Below, in pieces: positions 28,465 through 38,318 of a stretch of DNA of 64,000 nt; within the stretch, counting starts at the first letter, position 1; each line of letters opens with the position of its first letter. The stretch lies in the IMG/VR virus record IMGVR_UViG_3300009126_000404, positions 96,001 to 160,000 of that record; one strand, given 5' to 3'. This DNA is from a virus. Under the pieces are notes generated by a model. It was not told where the DNA came from and ran no database searches. It saw only the letters and a list, made by a program, of their open reading frames with translations. The translations under genes and the position numbers were made by a program.

Positions 28465-30482
28465 CTAAATACCCTTATGTAATCTTTTATGATTTGTTCT
28501 CTATCTTTAATATTTTCAGTAAGTTTATTCTTTTTAATAACATTTATTAATCTTTTCTCAATTGCATCAAGATTTTTTTCATGTACCTTATCTTGTTCGT
28601 CTCTTTTCTTATCACCTGCATATTGCTGATTTAAAGTCTTCTCTGTTTGTGCCATTAATGCCGACATTAAATTATCTGCATGTGGATACTTTGCTTGAAG
28701 AGCCTTTAATTGATATTGAGTTCTTGCATCAAATCCTTTTAAATCTTCTTTGCCATCTCCATCTACATCTGCTTCCATGATTTCTGGGTTAGTATCAAAC
28801 CCTTTATGTGTAAAACCAGTATAATTAGAAAGAAAATTACTTATAAATTCTTCTGTGTCTTCATATGAACCTAAATGCTTACCTGGTACATTAACTATAA
28901 CAGATTTAGGTAAGTCAAGTCCTTCAGGACCTTCACCTGTTGCAGAGTCTGTATCCCATTTAATATTTCTAACCTTAAATACCTTATCTTCGGATAATAA
29001 AGTATATAATAAATGTGGTTTTGATTCTTTAACAATTTTATAATGTCTGTCAATGAAATGTGATACTCTAGATGGATGTACTTTTACAATTTTCCCATCC
29101 TTCTGAAGTGTAACAAAATCTTCCTTAGATTCTTTATAATTAGCCATGCCATATGTTGTATTAGTAGTAGCATTTCCTTGATCATCAAATGATGAAGATG
29201 TGTGTTTACTTCCTATCTTACTCAATTTTTTCAAACCTTTCTTAATTCCTCTGCCCACAGTTCTCTTCAATGATTTATGTTTAACATATGCACTAATAAT
29301 CTTATCATCCATATCGTGTAACTTCTTCCACCATGGATTATCAAGATGAGGTATTGCTATAGGATTTCTTTTATCTGCTTCTATATCACCTTCGCCAACA
29401 ATTGCTCTACCAATAGCCTGCCCAGCTAATCTTCCTTTTTGTTTATGTTTAATGTATGCATCAATAATTTCATCACCCATAAAATGTAAATCCTTCCACT
29501 CTTGAGTGTCAAGATATGGTATAGCATGAGGATTTTTCTTATCTTTTTCCATGTTACCTTCTACTAATCCTAAATTAAACAATTTGTGCGGGTTACTATT
29601 CTTACGTGCTTTAGGCATTAAGGGTTTTATTTTACCATTGCCAAACTTAGCCGCTTCTTTTTCTGTTTGTCCTGGCTTAACATCAACTGTAGTATTAACG
29701 CCTGGAACTATAACACCATCTTCATTAATACCAACTTTTTTCAAATCACTTCTAGTAATATTTCCACCATTTTCGTGGTTTATCTTTTGAAGTTTATGAA
29801 ATTGTTCTCTTGTAGGTTTAATTCCCATTCCTTTTAAATCTGAAATAGTAAATTCTTTTAAGTTTTCTAAAACTGGATCACCATTAACTTTATTAGTTAA
29901 ATCTACATTTTCATCAATTCCTGACTTATTAGCAGTAATAACCCAATCATCATAATAGCCTTCACCATGTTCATCTACAAATGCTTGTAAGATGTCATCA
30001 TAAAGGATTAGGTCAATACTTGCAAAATCTAATGCTACTCTAGTGTCTGCTTGAGATATATCATAATTCATATCATCTTCTTTAACTTCTTGTACTTTTA
30101 ATGCTTTGTTTATATGGTCATGAATAATGTCTTGAACTTGAAATTCAGTTTGATTATCTGTATCCATATCATTAGGAATAAGTCCTTGAGCCACCATTTC
30201 ATCAACACAACGAATAGCAATATCACGTGTGTCATCGTTTGTGATTTTACCTTCGCCTAATTCTTTTTTAAATGCGTCTAAGGCTTTTTTCTTTTTATTT
30301 TTGTTCTTTGCTATATGATGAGCGGCTTGATTTGCTAACCCATCACCTGGTATTAAGTCAGGTGAAACAGTTTTAACTTCTGGCTTAGAAGTTATTTTAG
30401 TAGTTGCTTTTGGTTTCTTTTGAAACCAAGTAAGTGGGTTATACCACTCTTCATCAATTTTTGATATGTCGTCTATTCTCAT
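28461..30482 (-). CDS. putative modular internal head polyprotein (start revised to 30482)
   Basis: Leader MRIDDISKIDEE; many xE junctions; duplicated ~57-aa module. Confidence 0.65.
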   Translation of the reverse strand: MRIDDISKIDEEWYNPLTWFQKKPKATTKITSKPEVKTVSPDLIPGDGLANQAAHHIAKNKNKKKKALDAFKKELGEGKITNDDTRDIAIRCVDEMVAQGLIPNDMDTDNQTEFQVQDIIHDHINKALKVQEVKEDDMNYDISQADTRVALDFASIDLILYDDILQAFVDEHGEGYYDDWVITANKSGIDENVDLTNKVNGDPVLENLKEFTISDLKGMGIKPTREQFHKLQKINHENGGNITRSDLKKVGINEDGVIVPGVNTTVDVKPGQTEKEAAKFGNGKIKPLMPKARKNSNPHKLFNLGLVEGNMEKDKKNPHAIPYLDTQEWKDLHFMGDEIIDAYIKHKQKGRLAGQAIGRAIVGEGDIEADKRNPIAIPHLDNPWWKKLHDMDDKIISAYVKHKSLKRTVGRGIKKGLKKLSKIGSKHTSSSFDDQGNATTNTTYGMANYKESKEDFVTLQKDGKIVKVHPSRVSHFIDRHYKIVKESKPHLLYTLLSEDKVFKVRNIKWDTDSATGEGPEGLDLPKSVIVNVPGKHLGSYEDTEEFISNFLSNYTGFTHKGFDTNPEIMEADVDGDGKEDLKGFDARTQYQLKALQAKYPHADNLMSALMAQTEKTLNQQYAGDKKRDEQDKVHEKNLDAIEKRLINVIKKNKLTENIKDREQIIKDYIRVFR
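29250..29560 (-). repeat. tandem ~171-nt (57-aa) diverged module
   Basis: EKDKKNPHAIPYLD..WKDLH.M.D.II.AY.KHK vs EADKRNPIAIPHLD..WKKLHDMDDKIISAYVKHK; boundaries approximate. Confidence 0.75.
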
Positions 30483-30483
30483 A

Positions 30484-30924
30484 TTATAACTCCAATGCCG
30501 TTTTAACTGCTGGTGAGGCGATATCCATCGCATATAATCCTGCTAATGCACCACCAAGTATCGTATCTAGACTTAATCCTGCTATTGCTATTGATGGCAA
30601 CATAGGAGATATTAGCATTAACAAAACAACCCCCAATCCTATCATTCTTGGATGGGCACGAAAGAATCCAAAGAATTTTTTTAATGTTGATTTTTCAACT
30701 TTTTCATTGCCGAGCTTCGTTTCTAAGTTTGCCATGTACTCTTGCATCTCTTTAGTCTTTGCCTTGTCAGGCTCTGGCTGTCCTTTAAACTTATGTACGG
30801 CTTTTTGTAAAATTGTTTTACTAAGTGTTTCGGCATCCATACTACCATCTTCAAGCAATGGTGCTTGTTTCTTAGCCCATTGTTCTAGTTCTAATAGTGT
30901 GTTTGTTACTTCATTAATCTTCAT
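30484..30924 (-). CDS. putative internal protein with C-terminal hydrophobic hairpin
   Basis: Leader MKINEVTNTLLE; late ATAAATA plus AAGGA SD. Confidence 0.65.
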   Translation of the reverse strand: MKINEVTNTLLELEQWAKKQAPLLEDGSMDAETLSKTILQKAVHKFKGQPEPDKAKTKEMQEYMANLETKLGNEKVEKSTLKKFFGFFRAHPRMIGLGVVLLMLISPMLPSIAIAGLSLDTILGGALAGLYAMDIASPAVKTALEL

Positions 30925-30938
30925 TACAGTTCCTTGTT

Positions 30939-32171
30939 TTAACTATTTATCGATTTATGCAATTCAATGAACGTTTCTTTCCAATTTGTTCCTCTTATTT
31001 CATCAAGTTTTTCTAAAAAATCTGTACAATTATAAGAATTACCGTCATAATCTATATTATTGTGTAAATAATTTACTAATTGACGTATACAAAGTTTATC
31101 TATGTGTATTGAGTTAGTATACATATTTATAATATCTAATTTAGCTTGTTTAGGAAGGTGTTTTGCATCTAGCATATCAGGGTTTGATAGTATTCTTATA
31201 TTAACGTGGTAATTATTAAAGTGATCTAATAAGTTTAATATTGTAAATGCATTAAGCATTTGCCAAGTAATACTTATTTCTATCTCTGTATTTGGTAATA
31301 ATTTATTAATACGCTCTATATTTTCATTTAACTTATGCCATTTACTAGGAAAACGTATATAATCATTTTGCTCACCGTAATCATCTATACTACATCTAAG
31401 CATTAACTTTTTAAAGTGTTTCCATTGATCAATTGCACGTTGATGTACATTTGTAATATTTGTGTCGTACTCTAGCACTACATTGTTACTTACACCACTG
31501 TCTATTAGATTTTGCAAAAATTTGTAGTGTGGCTCAACTAACATAGGCTCACCGCCTACTAGATATACATGTTCTAATTGATCTTTATGTTTATCTAACT
31601 GTTCCCAAAAGTGTTCACTTTCCCACCAATCATAATCCGATGCACGGTCTTTCTTTTGTTGTTTGTTTCCGTCCGAGATGTTTATTTTGGTACCGCTGTC
31701 GTAAAAATGATCAGTGGAGTGAACTTTTGCCCAGTCTTTATACCACATACTACTACTTTGAGGTCCGCACATTACACATTTTAAATTGCATAAATTACCA
31801 AACCTTAAATCCCAATAGATAGGCATTTGTGTTGTGCTACCATTAAGTGCTGTTACTTTTACTGCTTTATCGTAATCAAATACATCTTTGTACATTTCGT
31901 TTGTAAATGTACGTCTGCTTTTACCACCGTTATCTTCTTTAACCCAACATGTATTACATTCTACAGGTTTTTCTCCTGCTAAGAATTGCTTACGAATCTT
32001 GCGAGTAAATTCGCTATTATGTATTTCTTCTATTGTATGATCTTTAAAGTTATGTCCAGTGAGTCCACCATTTACGTGGTTGCTCATTAAGCAACATACT
32101 CTACTAGTTCCGTTTGTTTTAGTAGCGGCATGTATCCAAGGAATTGAACAAAAATTATTCTTCTGCATCAT
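30939..32171 (-). CDS. radical SAM protein with N-terminal twitch/SPASM-like domain
   Basis: FCSIPW, RVCC, CNTCW; CNLKCVMC; GGEP. Confidence 0.9.
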   Translation of the reverse strand: MMQKNNFCSIPWIHAATKTNGTSRVCCLMSNHVNGGLTGHNFKDHTIEEIHNSEFTRKIRKQFLAGEKPVECNTCWVKEDNGGKSRRTFTNEMYKDVFDYDKAVKVTALNGSTTQMPIYWDLRFGNLCNLKCVMCGPQSSSMWYKDWAKVHSTDHFYDSGTKINISDGNKQQKKDRASDYDWWESEHFWEQLDKHKDQLEHVYLVGGEPMLVEPHYKFLQNLIDSGVSNNVVLEYDTNITNVHQRAIDQWKHFKKLMLRCSIDDYGEQNDYIRFPSKWHKLNENIERINKLLPNTEIEISITWQMLNAFTILNLLDHFNNYHVNIRILSNPDMLDAKHLPKQAKLDIINMYTNSIHIDKLCIRQLVNYLHNNIDYDGNSYNCTDFLEKLDEIRGTNWKETFIELHKSINS

Positions 32172-33333
32172 TATTAATCCATTCTGATAGTTCTAAATCA
32201 AAACTTTCTAATGTAAGTGCACCATGTGTATCATAGTAATCTACAAAATGCCTTACTGTTTCTTTACGTTTTGTAGTATTGTTAAATGGCTTACGCATCT
32301 CATTTATAACATGATCAACACCTTCTAGTCTACTTTTATGCTTTTCAAAAAATGCTAAACTTTCTTTTTTAAATCTATCAGGAATGTTTTCCATTAGTAC
32401 TTCTGTCTTATTAACAACAGGTCGTATTTGTACTTTTGCATCTGGATAGTTATTCCATAAATATGTAATAAGTTTAGGTATGTGTCTTACACTTAAACTA
32501 TTTGCTGTTATATCCCATACCGCCAATCTAAAGTTTTTGTAATACTGATCCATTACTTGTAATTTTTCTTCCCATACTGTATCTTGCCTAGTCCACTCAT
32601 CAGCTGCACCCCAACCATCTACACTAAATCTTATGAATACATTTTCAACAGTTTTAAATTGCTTTAAATCTTTTTCTCTTAATAACCTTGTACCATTTGT
32701 ATTAATTACAAAATTTGCTCTTGGAGCAAGTTTACCTAGTCTTTCTACAGTAGTAGGAAAGTTTTTAAGATAAAAAGGCTCACCGCCTGCTAAGTATACG
32801 TGCTTTAAATTTTTATCAACGCTTGAAATGATATTCTCCCACGCTTGTGGATCATCACTCCAATCATAATTGCTTCTATGATATTTTTTTGCTTCTTTTT
32901 CTAAACGGCCTTCTTTCCAATTAAAATGCTTTGCCATTGATTTATGATTATGTAATATTTTATTACTGTTACCTGCGAAACACATAACACATGCTAAGTT
33001 ACATACGTTACCTAATCTTAAATCTAATGCATGTATTTTATTATCTTTAAATGGAACACCTTGGTTAATCATGCCCAACGCTTTTTGCCTAAAACTACGC
33101 ACACCTTCGCGTTCTGGATCATAACATTTAAAACAACCCGCAGGTTCGCCACCGTTAGCAATTTCTGTTCTAACCTCATGCATTTCTGGGCTATTCCAAA
33201 TATCACTTAATTTATAATCTTTAATATGATATTGTGAAAGTTTATTCTTTAGGTTTTTACAGCACAATGCTACATATCCATCATTATCGATGAATGTAAA
33301 ATTGTTCGTATATATACAATATTTTTCTGTCAT
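32155..33333 (-). CDS. radical SAM protein with N-terminal twitch/SPASM-like domain
   Basis: YCIY, LCC, CFKC; CNLACVMC; GGEP. Confidence 0.9.
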   Translation of the reverse strand: MTEKYCIYTNNFTFIDNDGYVALCCKNLKNKLSQYHIKDYKLSDIWNSPEMHEVRTEIANGGEPAGCFKCYDPEREGVRSFRQKALGMINQGVPFKDNKIHALDLRLGNVCNLACVMCFAGNSNKILHNHKSMAKHFNWKEGRLEKEAKKYHRSNYDWSDDPQAWENIISSVDKNLKHVYLAGGEPFYLKNFPTTVERLGKLAPRANFVINTNGTRLLREKDLKQFKTVENVFIRFSVDGWGAADEWTRQDTVWEEKLQVMDQYYKNFRLAVWDITANSLSVRHIPKLITYLWNNYPDAKVQIRPVVNKTEVLMENIPDRFKKESLAFFEKHKSRLEGVDHVINEMRKPFNNTTKRKETVRHFVDYYDTHGALTLESFDLELSEWINNDAEE

Positions 33334-33374
33334 AGGTTGGAGTTATTTTGTCGTACATCCAAGTTTGTGGACTT

Positions 33375-35894
33375 TTATTGTAACTCTTCTGGTATACCAA
33401 TATCTTGCACTACTTTATTATCTTTAAATCCGTCAATAACATATTTCTGTGCTTCTTTAGTCCAATTCTTTTGCATTGCTTTTAATAGTGATTCAAAACT
33501 ATTTAAATCTTTACCACTATCAAGTCCTAATTGTTGTGCTATTTCATCTGGTTGTTTCCAAGGACCATCTATTGTTTCGTTTTTATTTTTCTTAGTATAG
33601 CCTGTGCCTGCTTTATTAGGAACAGGTGTACGTTTAACACGCAATAACCCTTCTGTTGGGCTCCACATTAAACGTCTAGTTTCCATTGCACGACCGTCTT
33701 CTAACTTAGCATCACTTTCATCTCTATTGTGAACTGCGGCCAATGTTGCAATCATAATGTTACGATAAACACCTTTGTATTTTGAATCATCTTCATGTGG
33801 TGTATGATAATATGTTTTTAGCCAACCTGGATCTCCTGGCATAAAGTCAACCTGTACAAATCCTGTACGTGGTCTACCTTCAGGATCTACTTTGCTTTTA
33901 TCAAAGTTTTGTATTTTTACTTTTGTCATAACAACACTAGTTTTTCTAATATCACTGACAAGTGGATTTTTATTAAGAGCTTCAATAAACGCTGGAATCT
34001 CTTCTGGTGCTATTTTCAACGCTACATCAATATCACCACTAAATTGTTTTTTGCCTACACTGCCTAATGTATTATTTTGTAAATCAATACCTAACGACTT
34101 TTCTAATTGTTCTAATGTTGGTTTAATCTCATCAATATGTACTGTTCCAACACCTGGCATTGCTCCGCCCTCGTTTAATACAAAGTATTTTGTAATTAAA
34201 TTTTCATTTTCAAATGTACCATATTTTTCTACCCATTTGTATAAATTTGTTTTCCAGTATGGACTTTGACTTCCGTAATCCCAATGTTTCTTTTTCTTCT
34301 TATTTTTATTATTCTTGCCCGTTGGCGGTGGTGGGCCACCTGCGGCGCCACCTGGTGGTGCTAATGGTGATATCTCTGGATGTATATCTGGTCTATAAGT
34401 TGGTACGAATTTTGGACCGGTCTGAGGAATTTCTTTAGTCGTAATATCTGGATGTCTACCTGGTGTTTCAGGTGGAATATATGGCTTCGCATCTGGTTCT
34501 ACTTTAGTTGGTTCCTTTTTAGGCTCTACCTTAGGTTCCTTTTTAGGTTCTATTTTTGGTTCCTTCTTAGGCTCTAATTTTGGTTCCTTCTTAGGTTCTA
34601 TTTTTGGTTCCTTTTTAGGTTCTATTTTTGGTTCCGTCGCTGGTGGTTCTACTGGCATTCCTGGTTTTCCAGGCTCAACAGGTGGTTTTCCTGGATCATT
34701 CCAACCTGGTTTAATTCGAGTTGGAATAGAGTTAGGGTTCTGTCCTGGCTTCCATTTTATAGGATCAGGTACTTCAACAGGTGGCTCAATTGCTGGTGGT
34801 ACAAATGGAATAACTTTTGGATCACTGCCAGGTTCTGGTATTGGGCCTTTTCCTGGTTCATGTGGAGTAATTTCTGGATCATTTGCTGGTTCTGGTTGTC
34901 CTATGCCTGGAGGAAAAATTGGTACAATTTTCGGTTGTGGTACTAATTTGGGTAATGGATCAGCTTCAGGTTCAGGTTGTGTTATTGGTCCTACTCCTGG
35001 TTCATGTGGAGTAATTGGAACGGGTGCTGTACTTGCTATTATTTTATCTATTTGCTGAGTTTGTGTAGCTACTTCTGTTGTAGTTGCAGGACTTTTAACT
35101 ATTTGTGTTACTAATTCGTAAAGCAAATAAGCATCTAAGGCAAGTAATCCAGCATTTGCTACAATCATACCTGGACCTGTAATTGCGGTTGCACCTGTTA
35201 CTGTAGCATGTCTTAATCCTAGTTTTACTAAAAATCTTGAAATTAAACTCTTTGCAGTTTTCTTTTCTGTTTGAGTTGCTATTTTTTTCGCTAACTCTTT
35301 TGCAACTTTTTCATCAATTTCTGTTTGAGTTAATACTTTTTTAGTGTTAAAATCAATTACAACTGCTGGTTTTACAATTTTATGTGTTACAACACGTGGT
35401 TTAAAATTAGGTGTATCAGGTAATTTAAGTGCTGGATCGGCTTCTGCTAATAATTTAATAGACTCAAATACTAACTTACCTTGCGTACTGTCTAATGAAT
35501 AATCATGTGATTGAATTTCAAATTCTTTATTTGATGTCTTAAAATTTTTCTTACGCATTACTGTTTTAGCAACAAGATCAAGTTCGTTATTAACTGAATC
35601 CCAACGTAAAGCAAAAGGTACATTGACATCTGTAGCTAGGTCTTTTAGAACTGCTTCTGTATTTGGTCCTAATTCTGCTATAGGTTTGCCCCATTTTTTG
35701 TATTCTTGCTTGAATAAACGAGTAAGCTCACTCGCTGTAATTTGTTTTACATTACGCTCATCATTTACTCTGCTTAGAAAATGACGGGTGAATTCTACAT
35801 CAATTCCGACTTTTGCAAATAATCTGTCTGCAAAAACCTCTAATTGATCTAATTCTGTCTGTGATAAGGGTTTGTCTACTTCGTTTATTCTCAT
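33375..35894 (-). CDS. multidomain putative internal protein: N-terminal domain (possibly BECR RNase), hydrophobic segment, Pro-rich stalk, C-terminal pol-beta-type nucleotidyltransferase
   Basis: Leader MRINE; FTRHFLSRV; EPK repeats; after LNE: LGSVGKKQFSGDIDVAL...VQVDF. Confidence 0.65.
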   Translation of the reverse strand: MRINEVDKPLSQTELDQLEVFADRLFAKVGIDVEFTRHFLSRVNDERNVKQITASELTRLFKQEYKKWGKPIAELGPNTEAVLKDLATDVNVPFALRWDSVNNELDLVAKTVMRKKNFKTSNKEFEIQSHDYSLDSTQGKLVFESIKLLAEADPALKLPDTPNFKPRVVTHKIVKPAVVIDFNTKKVLTQTEIDEKVAKELAKKIATQTEKKTAKSLISRFLVKLGLRHATVTGATAITGPGMIVANAGLLALDAYLLYELVTQIVKSPATTTEVATQTQQIDKIIASTAPVPITPHEPGVGPITQPEPEADPLPKLVPQPKIVPIFPPGIGQPEPANDPEITPHEPGKGPIPEPGSDPKVIPFVPPAIEPPVEVPDPIKWKPGQNPNSIPTRIKPGWNDPGKPPVEPGKPGMPVEPPATEPKIEPKKEPKIEPKKEPKLEPKKEPKIEPKKEPKVEPKKEPTKVEPDAKPYIPPETPGRHPDITTKEIPQTGPKFVPTYRPDIHPEISPLAPPGGAAGGPPPPTGKNNKNKKKKKHWDYGSQSPYWKTNLYKWVEKYGTFENENLITKYFVLNEGGAMPGVGTVHIDEIKPTLEQLEKSLGIDLQNNTLGSVGKKQFSGDIDVALKIAPEEIPAFIEALNKNPLVSDIRKTSVVMTKVKIQNFDKSKVDPEGRPRTGFVQVDFMPGDPGWLKTYYHTPHEDDSKYKGVYRNIMIATLAAVHNRDESDAKLEDGRAMETRRLMWSPTEGLLRVKRTPVPNKAGTGYTKKNKNETIDGPWKQPDEIAQQLGLDSGKDLNSFESLLKAMQKNWTKEAQKYVIDGFKDNKVVQDIGIPEELQ
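34510..34635 (-). repeat. coding tandem repeat EPK(K/I/L/V), 12/24-nt period
   Basis: EPKIEPKKEPKIEPKKEPKLEPKKEPKIEPKKEPKVEPKK. Confidence 0.9.
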
Positions 35895-35925
35895 ACAACT
35901 ATTTATGCCAAAACGTATATTGATA

Positions 35926-36309
35926 TTACCAATAGAATACAGCTTGGTAGGTTATTAAATAAGTTATTAATGTATATGTAGCATAATGAGCTATTTGATC
36001 AAATGTTTGTACTCTCCAAAATGCAGGAGTAAGTCTTTTTATATTAAATTTATGATTAAAATTTGCTTTGCCACAATCTATATGCCAGTGAGCTACATAA
36101 TCTAACATTGCATAACCTAGTGCTAATATTGGACTGACCCAAAATAATAATACTATAAATGTTAAAATTCCATGGTCTAATGAATGTAAATGTAATCCTT
36201 TATTAAAATATTGTCGTTTACCTGATGGTTTTCTAAAAGATTGAATGGCTAAGTCAGCTACTGCATGTTTACACATTAATACAAACAGTAATAAAAGTTG
36301 GTCTTCCAT
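35926..36309 (-). CDS. DUF3307-like membrane protein
   Basis: KHAVAD...HSLDH...HWHID...DQIAH His pattern. Confidence 0.75.
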   Translation of the reverse strand: MEDQLLLLFVLMCKHAVADLAIQSFRKPSGKRQYFNKGLHLHSLDHGILTFIVLLFWVSPILALGYAMLDYVAHWHIDCGKANFNHKFNIKRLTPAFWRVQTFDQIAHYATYTLITYLITYQAVFYW

Positions 36310-36531
36310 TTATTCTATTGGCTTTTCACCTGTTAGGCGAGGTCTTGCAAACCATAATTTAAACCAGGCTTCTGTACCTGGCTGTATATTTCTATCTCTT
36401 TGAATTTTACCTTTAGCAGAACCGATAATACTAATATTACTACCCTCAGGAGCTTTCTCTCCTAGTTTATTTCCTTGCTTATCAGTTATTCCTGCTAAGT
36501 ATTTTAATCTGTAAACTTCATCTTGTGTCAT
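36310..36531 (-). CDS. hypothetical small protein
   Basis: IQPGTEAWFKLWF motif. Confidence 0.65.
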   Translation of the reverse strand: MTQDEVYRLKYLAGITDKQGNKLGEKAPEGSNISIIGSAKGKIQRDRNIQPGTEAWFKLWFARPRLTGEKPIE

Positions 36532-36869
36532 TAATGTGCTCCTAGAAATCTTTTATTACATCCACACTTGCAACCTGCTTTGCAATCACAGTCTATAACT
36601 TTGTGCCCACATGAACATATTTCTTTTTGAAAACTATCTAATGCTCTAGCATAAGATGAAGTCCCAAGTCTAACGTGTGCTTTATTTTTAACTGGCTCAT
36701 AATCATTATCAGATACCCATTCAATTTGCTCTGGATCATGTGTTCGTTTTGAGCCACAATGAGTACAGAATAATTCTGTTGGAATCCATTTGTCTGATGC
36801 CGCTACTGACCAAAATCCATTACATGATTGACAAGTAAAATGCCATATTGTTTCTTTATAAACTTGCAT
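36531..36869 (-). CDS. Cys-rich protein (Zn ribbon plus metallothionein-like tail)
   Basis: CQSC...CTHC; CSCGHKVIDCDCKAGCKCGC. Confidence 0.65.
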   Translation of the reverse strand: MQVYKETIWHFTCQSCNGFWSVAASDKWIPTELFCTHCGSKRTHDPEQIEWVSDNDYEPVKNKAHVRLGTSSYARALDSFQKEICSCGHKVIDCDCKAGCKCGCNKRFLGAH

Positions 36870-36981
36870 TATCTAATTCTTCTTCTAATTCAGCAATTAA
36901 CTTAGCAAATCTTTGTTTCTCAACACAATTAATTTTATGTGCTTCGTATATATTTTTATAATTTACTAACAAAAGTTCCAT
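36856..36981 (-). CDS. 41-aa hypothetical (absent from track)
   Basis: MELLLVNYKNIYEAHKINC...; fills the gap between neighbours. Confidence 0.45.
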   Translation of the reverse strand: MELLLVNYKNIYEAHKINCVEKQRFAKLIAELEEELDNASL

Positions 36982-36988
36982 GGTTTTT

Positions 36989-37603
36989 TTACTTAATTGC
37001 ACTGTCCTTCTCAAATATCTTTTCTTCTCGTTCACAAGTATTTGATTCTTGTGTTACTTGGCCTGCTTTAAACTGTTCTAACCCTTGTTGTACTTTTGAT
37101 AATGGGTCTTCGTCTGCTTGATACTTAATTCCAATTCCACCACTACTTTGCCAACGTTGAATATTTTTACCTAAATCGTCAATTAATATGTTTGGTGTCC
37201 CGTCTGCTTGTTTAGCATATGAAGTTTTATCACCAACTATATGAATATCAGTTGGTTTAATTTTTAATTTTCTTCCAATCCAATCTATCTTATGCATTTT
37301 ACTATTAGCATGATCATTTCTTAAAGGTGAACTTAATATTTTATATGAGCCAAAGAAATTTATAACCATTTGAATTAATTTATCTGCTGTAGGAAATTTT
37401 GGTAATTGAGCGAAGAAGTCTGTGCCTATCATTTTATCTAATGTTGGGTCAATATCTGCTGGTGGAATATCTTTATAGTTTCCTGTTTTAATACCTGCTA
37501 GTTTAGCCCATTCTTCAAAGAAGTTTGCTAATACGCCATCCATGTCAATATAAACAATTGGTTCGCTTTTTGGCTCTTCATTTATTATATCATTAATTAG
37601 CAT
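36989..37603 (-). CDS. HAD 5'(3')-nucleotidase (NT5C-like) with leader
   Basis: IDMDGVLANF; ILIDD; leader MLINDIINEE. Confidence 0.8.
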   Translation of the reverse strand: MLINDIINEEPKSEPIVYIDMDGVLANFFEEWAKLAGIKTGNYKDIPPADIDPTLDKMIGTDFFAQLPKFPTADKLIQMVINFFGSYKILSSPLRNDHANSKMHKIDWIGRKLKIKPTDIHIVGDKTSYAKQADGTPNILIDDLGKNIQRWQSSGGIGIKYQADEDPLSKVQQGLEQFKAGQVTQESNTCEREEKIFEKDSAIK

Positions 37604-38318
37604 ATACTTCTCCAGTTTCTATATAAGACCATATCTTCTTAAGTAATTTTTTTATAACAGGGTGACTACTGTCAAACCCAAATACTGAGAAATAAGCAAA
37701 TAAATTAGGAGACAATAAATTCTCTTTCTCTCTGTATTGTGCAGTTTTTCCTGCCATACGTAATAATGTAAGAGCAGTTTCTTTATCTGTTTTACGTACT
37801 AATTCACTAGCGATGTTTTTAGCATACGCCTCTATTTCATCATCGTTTCCTAAATATTCTCTAGATTTTTTTATTTTATCTGATAATCCTTTTACAGGTC
37901 TAAACTCACGTTGCTTTTTAAACCCTCTTTGTCGATATTGATTTTTATGAATTAATTCATGTTCTAATACATCAATAAGTCTATTCTTAATATTGTTTAC
38001 TCCTTCTGTACTAAAAGCAATTGTTTTATCTTTGTCAGAAAATAATAAATCAATTTCAAAATGATCAAATCCTTCTTCATCTTCAACAGGATCATAAGAG
38101 GCATTCATATTCATATCGCCTTCTCCTACATTTTTAGATTGTGCAAATCCTACTTCATCAACACCTATTGAATTTAACTCAACTTGTAATTTTTTAGCAA
38201 TATTTTTAAAGGAAATTTCTTTACCTGATCCAATAAAGGTTAAAAAAGGTGACAAGGCTGATTCAATATCTTGTCTAGTAATTAATTCGTTTTCATTTAT
38301 TATATCATTAATTAACAT
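37593..38318 (-). CDS. putative zincin metallopeptidase with leader
   Basis: HELIH plus downstream YLGNDDEIEAYA; leader MLINDIINE. Confidence 0.6.
   Translation of the reverse strand: MLINDIINENELITRQDIESALSPFLTFIGSGKEISFKNIAKKLQVELNSIGVDEVGFAQSKNVGEGDMNMNASYDPVEDEEGFDHFEIDLLFSDKDKTIAFSTEGVNNIKNRLIDVLEHELIHKNQYRQRGFKKQREFRPVKGLSDKIKKSREYLGNDDEIEAYAKNIASELVRKTDKETALTLLRMAGKTAQYREKENLLSPNLFAYFSVFGFDSSHPVIKKLLKKIWSYIETGEVYAN

Noticed and set aside
34510-34635. Tandem DNA repeat as a non-coding array
   Set aside because: In-frame coding repeat with synonymous variation
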